64,000 bases of DNA from Schmidtea nova (lineage: Eukaryota): the NCBI GenBank assembly GCA_044892505.1, contig CM097882.1, forward strand, positions 106,516,001 through 106,580,000, written 5' to 3'. A program made the position numbers and the translations under genes. This document shows positions 22,576 to 34,646 of the stretch, one piece after another; position 1 is the first letter of the stretch, and each line of letters begins with the position of its first letter. The notes below the pieces were generated by a model that did not search any database, was not told where the DNA came from, and was given only the letters and a program-made list of their open reading frames with translations.

Positions 22576-23084
22576 TTCGTAATATGGTCGGTTTGGTACA
22601 ACTTTTTCTCTTCTAAATTTTAATATATCTATTATAAAATTTACCTTTATTTAATTTTCAACAGTATAAATCTTTCCACAATTATCAACAAACTTTTATC
22701 AATCCTTGATTCAATTTACCGACTGCTCACGTCGGAATTTTTACTCAATTTTACAATTTCAACGACTCAGAAGTTTACTGCAACTTTCAATTTCTTTTGC
22801 CAATAAATATTTAATCTCTTTTTGGAAATGCTTCACTGACTTTTGATAAATCAATAGTTTTCTTTTAATTATCTCCTTTCTTTTTTTGCAATGCTTCACC
22901 GACTTTGATCATGTCGGAATTTATCAAAAATTTTGTTTTAATTCTTTATTATTATTATTTTTTTTTCAACAACGTTTCACCGACTTTGATCACATCGGAA
23001 TTTATCAATAATTTTCTTTTAATTCTTTATTATTTTTTTTCAGCAACGTTTCACCGACTCTGATCACGTCGTGCTCACCAAATA

Positions 23085-23960
23085 TGTTGGGTTATTAGTG
23101 TGAAGTCGGTAGTTTCTGACTCCCGTGTTCTCTTTCAATTACAAAATAAACCAAACCCAACACAATAACTTTCTTTATTTTTTTCAAATGATCACAACTC
23201 TTTTTATCACAAAAAGTTACTCAGGCTCTGCACTCTTCGCGTGAGGGTAGAACACCCAATGGGATATCTCCCTCTCTGGTACGTAAAAGATTAAGTTCAA
23301 GTTCTACCTTTGATTTCCTTTCAACGTCTCCTCCAAATATCTTCCAAAGGTTTGATATTCACTTTACGCCTAAAATTTATCTTCGACCAACTGGCAATTT
23401 CGGCACTTTGCTCTCCGTTTTTATACCATCTTTGTGTTGCCATTCTGTCGGTGTAATTGGATATTATCGAATCCGTCGCTTGTAATCGGATCTGATTAGT
23501 CCTGCTTGGTCGTAACTGGACCTTTGCCGTTTATGGTTTTTCCGGCTCTCCCCGGGGCATTCAATTAAATTTGATAGTTTAATGACCTCGCTGATGCCTC
23601 GGGTTTCCCACATTATTCGGATCTCCTACTAGCTCGGGTTTCCCATTATCTCGGGTCTCCCATTAGCTCGGGTTTCCCACTAGCTCGGGCTTCCTATAGA
23701 ATAATTAATTATTTTAATTAATTTGTATTTTCTAATTATTTCCTTCTGGGGGCCCCTTTTTATTTTTATATACCTATATTCGAATTCGTCTCGTCGTTTG
23801 GCATCCTCCCATACCAGTTTCCCCCACTCAAACTTTATTTTAATTTTTTATAAATTTTTTAATTAATGTTTGAACATTAATTATTATTTTTCCAATTTTT
23901 GTATTTTTATTGATTTATGCAATTTTAAATTTATTTTCTGTGATTTTCACAACCCCAACA
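23085..23960 (-). repeat. 5' LTR
   Basis: See element entry; the PBS lies 4 nt inside the LTR end. Confidence 0.92.
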
Positions 23961-24391
23961 ATAGTAATTAGGGAAAATTAATGTAAACATAAGAAATTTA
24001 TTTTACACTATGCCAATGAAAGAAATTAACATGGGAAATAATCTTAGAAGCAAAAAAATTTTTAATACCTGAATTTTTCTGTTAAAAATAAATAAACACT
24101 AATTTTATAGAAGTAAAATAAATAAATAATTTTTGTTAGCACTTGAGCTATATAGAAAATTAATATAAAATGAAATCGAATTTTAGAGCGAGTACTACAA
24201 CTTAATTTTTAAAATCTTGCGTTTTTGAAATTCCAATATCTTAAGGTAATTTTAAATATTTGCTAAAACCCGGCAGTAAAAATTTAATAATAGCATTCAT
24301 TTTTGCCTAAAAATTTTATAAATTTGGAAATCAATTTGAACAGGAGTGATACACTTTGTTATTTTATTGTAAAGATGAATTTAATTTTTAA

Positions 24392-24397
24392 ATATAT

Positions 24398-24472
<75 letters not shown>
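24392..24472. repeat. (TA)n microsatellite
   Basis: About 80 bp of TA repeats with a short CATA interruption. Confidence 0.95.
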
Positions 24473-24476
<4 letters not shown>

Positions 24477-24606
24477 CATAATTATCTTTTTTCACCTTTG
24501 ATCTTTTTTTATTATTATTATCAATAATTCTCATAATGACTATAGATCAAAATTTTTTTTTATAAACAATAACACAATATTTCGGCACAGCCTTTATCAA
24601 GTGTGT
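24473..24606 (-). mobile_element. Further Penelope-like terminal fragment with hammerhead-like motif, embedded in (TA)n
   Basis: Nearly identical to 13987-14120. Confidence 0.75.
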
Positions 24607-27544
24607 ATATATATCTATATATATCTATATCTATATATACTCGTTAGACTTGTTTATTTATATATAAGAATCACCCCCATAGGTTGGAGTTTCCAATATA
24701 AGTATTAAAGACGTCAACAGTAGGCAGGTGGGCTATGTCAATATGATTGCTTCCTACTAATCTCCTTTAAACGGATTAATCTTTGTCGATAGAAGACTTA
24801 TTTTTTCTCTTAAGGCCAATCCTGGTCACAAATCTATCTCAACCTCAACACGTGATACAACTATTATATACAAAGACAAAAGAAAACACAAGTATATATG
24901 TACTAATTATACATAAATTCAACTAAATATTCTATTTACTTTATGTCACGGGTCCAATTCGCTTAATCCATATAAATACTCCAACTGACGCGTTAATTTG
25001 GCTGTTGTTTTCTGACCCTTCGTTCCTTTTAGCGCTCATAAGATATCGTTTAGGGGACACCGTTGATGGTTTCCCGACAAGTAGGTATATTGTTTATGTG
25101 TTGAGTAACAACTTCCGGGTACTAAATTTCAACGGCAGAATCTTGCTTGCAGACTCCTGTTCCACGAATTACTTCGTCATCAAATCCTTACAGTTTTATA
25201 ATTTGAGGCGTTCAATTTTAACTGTAACTCCTCGTTAACGCGTTTGGCTTAAATGAATCTCTGTTGGACCTTCCTCATGGCCAAAACTTGAGTGTCCTCA
25301 AACTCCTGAATTCTCCGTTTTATTCGTTCTTCAAAATGCCTATTCTATATCTCTTGCTGATAGGAAAATTTATTTAAGGCGACATATCATTACTGTAATA
25401 ACAAAATAATATACGAGCTTAAAATATGTGATATTATCATACAAATCCCACCTTACTCTTAATATCTACATCAAACTCCACTATTTCTGGTTATCTACGC
25501 AAGATGATCTCACCACAATTCCACTCGAATAAATTCTACTATCAAACTACTATCAAACATATTAAACAGTCATGCACAAGGAAAACTAATATATAAAACC
25601 AGACAACTATAATTTTCACCAAATACAAAACTTAACAGATTACATAGATATTTGTCTTTCATAGTGAGACTAAGTCTCTCTGACTCCGCCTCCGGGACGT
25701 AACGAGCATGCCCATGGCGTGGAACTCCATCTGTGGAATGTTTTTTGTATACGAAATTCCTCGGCATCCTGGTATGTCGTCTGTTATGTGATATTGATTG
25801 ATTATGTATGTTATAATTATTTTGTTTTGTTATTATAGTGTGTGCTGATGTGGAGGATTAAAGAGCCCAACAGTCTCCGGTAAAAAACTGTGTCGGGACG
25901 GTTGGGGTGCGTGTTGTGTAATTGGAATGTATTTGTGCGTGTCTATTTGTTACAATATAATTTAACTAAAAATAAATAACAAATAACTCAGAATTAATTC
26001 AACAAGATTTATTTAATTAACAAATTCGATATTGTACTCACGCAATAATTCTTTGTATCATACAACAAATTCATAAACATCTAATTCTTCAAATTCATAA
26101 AATTCGTTATTTTTTGTTATTTTCCTAAGCATTATTTTGTAATTTTTTCAAATTTGTAGTTTCTTTTATTTCTATAGAAATTTTATTTGATTCTAATACA
26201 TTATTGATTTTTATTTTGAATTTTAATTTGATATTTTTAATTTTTAATTTATTTTCCTTGAAATCATTTCTTCAGGCATATTTGCTAACAAAAAAATTAT
26301 AATAAAAGGGGGGTTATCATGTATCCGCAAGGACGCCCACAATAGTAGCGGTAGCCACAATAACAACAATAACATTAATAATAATAATGATAATAATAAA
26401 AATAATAAAAATACAGCATTAACATAGTCATTAATAATAAGGAAGTAAAAGGGACAGTCGGTAGCGTCATTGTCGACCCAAATCAACTAGTGCTGGCTTC
26501 GTCGCTAGACTATCTGGTTTTCTCTCTGTTCGTCCGACAGGAGTCTTTGTCCCTTCCCTATTTCCTGCTCATATTGTCGGAGCATCCGCTCAGTCTGATC
26601 TTCTATCAGAAACTGAAAAGGCCTAGAGATAGCATAACTAATCGCGAATAGAACCCTTAATCTCATGCATCAGGTCTTTCCTAGATATTATTCGCTCGAA
26701 ATTTTCCTATGGTGGCTACATTTTCATTTTTACCTACGAAAACTATTTTATTCAGTTTATATCAAATGAAGTACATCTACGCGATCGAGACTATCTAGAT
26801 TATTGCAAGTGATGTTGCTATTACTGATGAAATCATGAGTTTTCTCTTTTATTATCCTTATCCCAAATCGGGAACACAAATATTATATTTTAATTCGCGG
26901 TTCTTTTAGTTTTATTGGAAATTCGATATGTCGGTTGTATCTTCTGGGCGTGTTATCCGAAATACGATACCTAGTGTGAAATCAATCAGGGTCAATCATG
27001 TTTCTCTATGTTTTACGCCATTTGTCAGCTTAATGTGATGCTAATCGTAAATCGTTTACCTTTGTGATACTGTAGTAATCCTGTATGTGATATGACAAAG
27101 ACTCGAATCATTAGATATGACCGTGGCAGATTTATTCATTCAATATTAACAATTTTTCAATATCAATTTTGAGCTCAAAATTTGAATTTATTTGGAATTT
27201 CAAGGACTTACACTTTCCCCATAAATTACTTTCACTATTTTGTCTCACAACGCAATTTTTAAATGATGGTGACTACGACACATCGGGAACTTGTGAATGA
27301 GTAGCCTACAAAGTCCGTTTATACTAATTTTAATCAATCATGAGGGCACAAGTGAATTATTAATAATAAAATTTTAATAAAAGAAATAAAATAAAAATAA
27401 ATTACCAATTGCTTTCAGTTCACTAGCGATTTCAACAGAATAATTGCTAAGTTTCACTAAGTTTCACTGATCGTTTAATAAGTAGGCGGTTAAAACCAGT
27501 TCAGTTTTGTGTTAACAGTTAATAGTAATAGTTGTTAGACTGAC

Positions 27545-27592
27545 TTGGCTAGTTCCTCATATACTATTTTCCCGTCCTGGAACTAGCCAATC
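27545..27592 (-). promoter_or_regulatory. CCAAT/TATA-like promoter of the unassigned element family
   Basis: GATTGG at 27592-27587 with AGTATATG about 29 nt downstream on the - strand; enclosed by a perfect 12-bp inverted repeat TTGGCTAGTTCC/GGAACTAGCCAA. Confidence 0.5.
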
Positions 27593-27996
27593 AAAATCGT
27601 TCCATCTGGTAAAATAGTAAGTTTTAATATTTCATTTAACCAATCATATTATTATAGTTTTCCTAAATATATTCTCTTTCCTTTTCTAAATGTTTTCTAA
27701 CCTAGTTTATTATTTTTAATTAAATATTATTTTAATTATCATAATTATCTTTTTGTTATTAATTCTCTATTATTCTAAGAGGCTTTCCTTTTTTGTTTCT
27801 TTTTAATTGGTTGTTTTTCTCTAGCTAGTTTATTATTATGTTATTATTCTTTACTTGTTTCCTGATTCATTTATAATTTTTTTATTTTTTTCTATTAATT
27901 ATTTTTCTTATCTCATTTCCTTTGCACTTTTACTAATTGAATTTTTCAATTTGTTGCTTCAATCAGCTTAAGAAGAAATTTCAACAAACGAAGATA

Positions 27997-30390
27997 TAGG
28001 TGGATTGTTGACCGTCAATATGACCTTGACTTTGTTATGGATCATCATCAAAAACTCATCACATAAAACATTATTTAACCATCATGTTACCCACTACAAT
28101 GTAACGTGGTTAATGCAACAAATATGTGATATCCGCAAACAGTGAGCGTCGAAAAATTCGAAACTATGATTGTACGAATGTCACAATGAGATCAAGGGCA
28201 ATCGAAGGAAGGTCCTCTGCCATTTCGTCAGACGATAACTTCTTTATTTTCTAAATTGTAGTATAATTCGAAGCAAAGTTCGGATTCGGATATCGAACTT
28301 TTTGGAGTTACCCAATAAGTCGAGCTTCTTGACGCCGCTTCCGACGAAAGTGGACTTGTTTGCTGGGTCACCATTTCTTTGGGCGATCGATTGCTGGATT
28401 TCTATGTAGAATAATTCCTATCCGAGTCGGGAATAATTCCAAGGCAGAAAGCCCGGTTTTCGGCAGCTGTATTGCCAACACAATGCCTGTGTCTATCTTC
28501 ATTTGGGCAATCTCGGCATCGCGGTTTCGAATGGTCAGTTTCAGCGCCTATATCTGGAACGTATCTTCGGCTGTCTGCTCGTGCAGTAACTTTATCTGTT
28601 TGCACATCTTCTCGATACCGTCCACGTTCATCCACATAGATTCAATCTTTTAGCACCGAGAGCGGAATTTCTTCATGCGTTTCGTTATGGTCCGGAACTC
28701 ATCACAGAGGAGTTTCTTCTCCTCTTCCATCTCGACAAAGCAAATCGATAATCGCCTATATTCATTTCTGTCATTTTTGCCATCAAGTCCATTTTGGCTT
28801 CCATTTTATGTTTTAGGGATAAAGTATAAATGATAATTTTATCAAGCACATTTCCATGTAAGCATCCGCATTTATCTCTCCTTAAACAATCAATATCTTA
28901 ATGAAATAGCTCCTGAATTCCGGCTCTAAACGGCGCTTATTCCCATCTCCAAAAGGATTTATTTTCAGTGGGCGTTGAAAATTAGGATAAAATCTGTTTG
29001 AACTTAATTAGCCTTAATCTAAGACCATGACTATGTATTATAATTCTAAATTGTACTCAAATCAAATTAAACATAATAAAAAAAATTTAAGTTTGCGCCG
29101 AGGCCTTAGTAACAGCAACTGCGAATTACTTAGGAATTTTATTAGTTTTGAACCTTGGATTTCCTTTTTACCCTTATTTAAGTTTGTAAAATTATTGAAT
29201 AATTTAAATTATATTACGGTGTTGAATCAGGACTACCCTCCTTCGTTTTTTCTAGAGAAAAATCGTGTTAAATTATTAAATCTATATAACTAATTTTAGA
29301 TGGTTATCGAAAAATTAAGAGAATCTGCTTGATCAGATTATAGTATGTTAAGCTTTGTTGCATAATCATTTTATAGATTATAACTTATGTTAATTTTAAG
29401 AAAACGGATCTCTGATATCGAAACTGATGGCCAAAGAAGTAGCTTGAAAATTTTTAAAATAACACTGTTTACCATTAATATGTTTAGAATTTGGATTTAT
29501 TTCCTAAAAGAAACGTCTTCGGGTTCGGATTGAACAATTCGATATATTTAACAATTTCTCATGCATCTGTCACTAATGAACAAAGTTCTAAATCTCAGTG
29601 GATTTCACTCAATCTCGACCCTATCGGTGGAATTTATCAAGACAATCGCTCTCGGATTTTTCATACTCTCTCTGTGCTCTAATGGAAATCGATTTACGTC
29701 TCAGTTTATAAATATTACAATCGTAAATCAAGGCAATTTATAAACTGATATTATTATGATTTATAAGTACCGGTGCAATTCATGATTAATAAGGTTAATA
29801 ATTTTATGTGGGTCGTTGTAGAGGATGTCCTTAGATTTTCTATGTAATACAACCAGTTCTGTGGAATTTTATCAATTGACTAACTAATTTTTTTGAGTAT
29901 AATCACCAAATGCATATAATCTTAATGACTTAAAAATTCGGTCTTTCTACCTAATATAGCTGAAATTTAACGGGTGTTATGAACTGCAAAATGATTACTA
30001 CTATAGGATGTTATAAACGACAGGTAGAATAATTAATGTTATAGGATTTGATTGAATGAAATCTTAGATTTTTTTAAGCAGATTGGTTGATTTTATGGGT
30101 GCTTATGAATAAATGAATTCATTTTGGATGAATAAGATGTTATTGGATCAAACGTGTTTATGTGTAATATGCTAGATTTTATGGATGTTGGTGAATGGAT
30201 GAGACTTTTTTTGGATGCATGGAGTGTTATTGATTGAAACTTTAGATTTTTTAAATAATATAACTAAGGATTCAATGATTATTTTCTGTGTGATGATGGG
30301 ATGTAAGAGGTGTTATTCGGTGAAATATTTGTTGAGGTTCCGAGAATCTCAACCTAAGGTTCTTATATAAATAAATAAGTCAACACTGGT
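27997..30390 (-). mobile_element. C-type unit: D remnant, CCGAGGCCTT motif, family-C ORF, conserved 3' block
   Basis: C ORF about 28804-28300 (RMKKFRSRC*KIESMWMNVDGIEKMCKQIKLLHEQTAED...IDTGIVLAI...RRKRRQEARLIG); block 28220-27997 homologous to 45912-45693. Confidence 0.7.
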
Positions 30391-31457
30391 TCGTATTAAA
30401 TCTTTATTACAATAACAAAATAATAATTACCAAGCTAAATCAAAATCAAACAACTTCTTTCAACTCAAAATTTGTCTGTGTGAATGTGTTATGATTGTAA
30501 TATGTAATGCGTGAATGCTGCTCTGAGCTCGATTTACTGTATGCTCTAATTTAATTTTATAGTCGATAACAACTACAAGATTTTTATTTGCAGTGATTTT
30601 TGGGTGATTTGACTGAAAAATCAGTTTGCTAATATACCAAATTTCAGTTGGCATCACATTTCGAGTGTCAACATACTTTGTTTGTCAAAAGTCAATAAAA
30701 TTTCTGTTTTAAAAGTGCAAACTTTAATGGTTACTATTTTTGGAATCATCTCTTTATCCAGCTCTTTATCCTCTTTAATGTTAAAAAGGCATCAATTTAT
30801 ATCGGTTTGGCCTTTATATATCGTTAATTATACTATTTTCTATAGTTACTTCTTTATTTATCTTTTATTGCTTTTGTCAATTTTGTTGTGGTTTTGGATG
30901 GGTTAAAACAAAAAGATAAATACGCTCTAGGGATACCTTCATCCAAACCTAAACATAAAATGCTAACGTGACACACAAGCACCCTCGACTATTTCCTTGG
31001 AATAATCGAGTTGGAAATGTGCAAGGTGTTTGAACAATGATGGGCAGGTGAGCTCTATTGCTAAAACTACTCCCCATTTATGTTCACGGGTTCGTCGCTG
31101 CCGATAGAAGGACTTACGCTTTACTTTCACTTTAATTTATCTGAACTCATTAGCTTTCATTTTATTTTTTCTTTCTGCCCCCTTCTTTACAATATCAACA
31201 GGTAATTCGAACTAACTATATATCGATTTTACTTTAATATTCCTAATGTTTATCATTTATCGAATTTTGTTAGCGCTTTTGCCAATTTGTAACTTGTATT
31301 TACTTAAGTTTTTTATCTTTAATTTGAAATCTTTTAATGAATACTTTATTTTAAATACTTTACTATAAAATAAATACAAAACAAAACAAAACAAAAATGT
31401 AATAAAACCAAATGTTTTGCACACCACAATGATATAATTAAATAATGCTCGGCCATT

Positions 31458-32048
31458 CTATTCAAAATACTTGAGGAAATCCTCGTCAGCTACTGACAAA
31501 TCCGTGGATAGATCTATTTCTGGAAATTCCTTAGTGTGATGTATTATCTGCTGCATGACCTGTTTTTTCCATCGGTGTTGTCTTGCGCCCATCTTGTTTT
31601 TCTTCTTCTTCTTGATTTCAATAGTTGTTACATTTTTTGGTGCAGCTTGAGTTGTTGTTTCCTGAACCTGAGATGGTTCTTCGGTATTGGTACCTTTTGA
31701 GCACGCAGCCTTCTCTTCCGACCAATGTTGATAAGTAATTGGTCGGATGAGTTGTTTTAATTCTCGATCGATGAACGATGTTGTAACTGACTTTAAACAC
31801 TTTCTTAATTCAATCTTCGTTGCGTCGAGCTCGGTTTTAAATTCATCTACGGCTCGCTGTGATCGCTGATTTTTATGAAGCTGGGCCTTCATCTTGTCTG
31901 GACTAAACCAGCTTTTCCGTAATTGAGAGATTGTAGTTTCTGCTTCTTTTATCCTTTCGGATTTTCTAACAATTTCCTTCTCAAGGCTGCGAACGATTCG
32001 CCAAGCTTTATCTAATTCGGATTGCAAGTTTATTGAATTGTTGGACAT
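31458..32048 (-). CDS. Family-B coiled-coil/Arg-Lys-rich protein (196 aa), intact
   Basis: LRKSWFSPDKMK...ATKIELRKCLKSVTTSFIDRELKQLIRPITYQHW shared with 35500-36033; basic tail KKKKNKMGARQHRWKK; conserved 3' block at 31119-30890. Confidence 0.8.
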   Translation of the reverse strand: MSNNSINLQSELDKAWRIVRSLEKEIVRKSERIKEAETTISQLRKSWFSPDKMKAQLHKNQRSQRAVDEFKTELDATKIELRKCLKSVTTSFIDRELKQLIRPITYQHWSEEKAACSKGTNTEEPSQVQETTTQAAPKNVTTIEIKKKKKNKMGARQHRWKKQVMQQIIHHTKEFPEIDLSTDLSVADEDFLKYFE

Positions 32049-32779
32049 TTTCTATAAATCAATACGGTTCATTAATACAAATTTGGTTTGATTTGAATAA
32101 ATCTGTTAACTTTCATAGTTTCCTTTGACAATTTCTCCGCGATTTATTTAATTATTATGTCCCAATTAGGAAGTGAAATAACATACATGCTATAATTTCG
32201 ACACTGTCGCTATATACAGCGATCAGATAAATACATTTATAATCTTTATTTCATTAATTTATGCCTGTGCTACGTACAACAATCAGGATAATAATTTACT
32301 AAAATTAAATGAAAACAATTAGGTTCTTCTGCCCTATGTACAGGGATCAGGATAAGTGATCAAATTTCATTATTATTTAGTTTGGTTGATTTATGCTAAA
32401 AATGCGATCAACTTTGTCTAGTTGATTTCTGTGTGGTAGATCATCTACCCACCTGAATTATTGTATTAGAGTTATTGATTTTTGCATTCTAATGTGCACT
32501 CTAAACTTATGTTCTAAACTTTGAACGATGATGCTAGCCGCTTTATGCAACCAAACCCCAGATGTGACAATCTCAAAGAACATGGTAATACTTTGCTGCC
32601 AAAGGTGAAATTTAAATTCAAAAATAAAACTATTTTCATATAAAAACCAAATCAAACTGGCTATACTGCTCAGTGATAATTCGTTAAAGCATGGTTAAAA
32701 TAATCCTACCCCCCTCGTGGCACTTGATACCAGTCGGACGGCCTAACTGTACGGAGCAGTTATCTACTCGGCACAGTCT

Positions 32780-32992
32780 GCCTCCTTCCATTGATTTCAC
32801 GATGGACAGGAGCCCCCTTGAATAATATATAACTTCATGATGTAAAATAAATACATTATATAAATAACTTCAATTCGCCTCCTTCCACCGATTACACAGT
32901 GGACAGGAGCGCAAGTAAATCACAAATAATCATTAAAAACGCAATTTCAATAACGTTGCCTCCTACCACCGATTACAGAGTGGAAGGAGCGC
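32780..32992. repeat. Three tandem stem-loop repeats
   Basis: GCCTCCTTCCA...TGGACAGGAGC-type units at 32780-32813, 32877-32912, 32958-32992. Confidence 0.8.
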
Positions 32993-34646
32993 AAATCAAA
33001 TCGTAAATCATAAAACATTTTCATCGAAAATTATATTTAATGAGCAATGACAATAACAGAAAAAAATGATATCATAATAGCTTATATACAATCAAAAATA
33101 TCAAACTTCATACCTTTGTTGATCCAAATTGTCTGTTCAAAAATTTCAACTTTTAGCATAAAAAACTTAGGCCTTAAAATTGTCTGAATCTGCATCAGTA
33201 TTTATACTGATCAGATCAGTTCATTAACCAATCAGCGTGAAGCTGATGTTCTAACATAATTTTATTAAAAATAAAATCAATTTCATTAAAAAATAATCAA
33301 TTTCATTTTCTTGTTTAAATTAACTTAAAATTTCTTCTTTAATTCCTATTTTAACATAAAATAATTATATTTTAGACTTTTATCTTTCATTTTTTCGTTA
33401 CATTTCAACATATCTTATTTATTTCTAATCTTTTGTTGGGCCCGCCAAATCACCTAAAATCACAATAAAAGAACAAAAGTATAAAACAATAAGGAAATAA
33501 TAAACATAAAAATAACCATAAAAAAACAAATTAAAAATAAGAATAAAATGACAAATAATATTTGATAAGTTTCCAGTAAAAGGAAATTGTGAAAATAAAC
33601 CGGTAAACAACAGCAAAAGGGGGCCTGAAATAAGAAAAGATAGAATAAATTAAAATAATAGTACAAATAATTAATTAATTACTCGAAAAATCAGGACCAC
33701 CCAGCGAGAAACCGGAAAAGGAAACAAAATAATGTTTAGGTTTAAATAAAATAATAAAAATACTTTGATGGACGGTCTGATCCTGATTGGTCAATCCAAC
33801 CAGACGGATCAGTATAAATACCGATCCGAAAATCACAACTTTAACTTTTTTACTAAAACTTAACTGTTAGATAAAATTTTTGCAAAACGCACTTTTTACT
33901 AGAACCAATACCACAAACGTTTTCGAGAAACATTCTTAATTTTCAAACCCGAAGAAACATTCAAGTACGGAACGTAACATTTTATTTTATTTATTGTTTA
34001 TTTAATCTTTGATTGTATATTAATGTTAATGTACCCATGATTTTTCATCTATTATAATTTTATGAAACTTTTGATTTTTGCTATCTTAATTTATTAATGC
34101 ATATAGTTATGCTTCCTAGGCTGCTCACGCGGCAAGGGAGCCCGAGTCGTCGTCGTGGGGCCTCAGGGTCTCACATGGCGGTTCTACCTTTTTCTAAAAA
34201 TCATACAATCATTTTGAAAATCTCAGTTTAATCAACAAGTTCTACGTCGAAAGTTTTATTTTTGATTTTATAAATCCGGTTGCACAGTGGACATAGCGTG
34301 AGGGCTCGCGGAAAAGATTTGAGGGCTCCCAGAAGGTGTGAGGTTTACGACGAAGGGCAGGAAACCGACGACCGGTTCCCCCATTAGAATGCGTATATTT
34401 TAAACCCAGGAGAGTAATTGAGGAGCGAAAATTGGGTAAGAATTTACAATAAATAATCGATCTTGGTGAAAATTTCGTAGAGTCCAAAGTACACCAATAT
34501 GACTATCGATACAATTAACTTACAATTCCAAATTATGATGACGATTCGAATTCCGATCGTAATCGACGGAATTCCAATTGGTAATATAAATAGATTTAGG
34601 CCGATCGCTGTATATAGCGCGGTAACCTTGAATATTTTTATCCTGA

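Larger units (their letters stand above)
18240..23960 (-). mobile_element. Ty3/Gypsy-type LTR retrotransposon, apparently non-autonomous (Gag + ubiquitin-like domains, no pol seen)
   Basis: Near-identical 876-bp LTRs (18240-19115, 23085-23960) with TG...CA ends; 4-bp TSD ATAG both sides; PBS TGGTGAGCACGACGTGAT (23080-23063, 16/18 to the tRNA-Trp PBS TGGTGACCCCGACGTGAT); PPT AAAAAAGGGGAGA next to 19116. Confidence 0.92.

Noticed and set aside
24303-24527. 74-aa ORF with (YI)n
   Set aside because: Translation of the (TA)n microsatellite.
32780-32992. CRISPR-like reading of the spaced hairpin repeats (and of the 22.9-23.1 kb repeats)
   Set aside because: Only three degenerate repeats, spacers partly similar and AT-rich, no cas genes, eukaryotic context.
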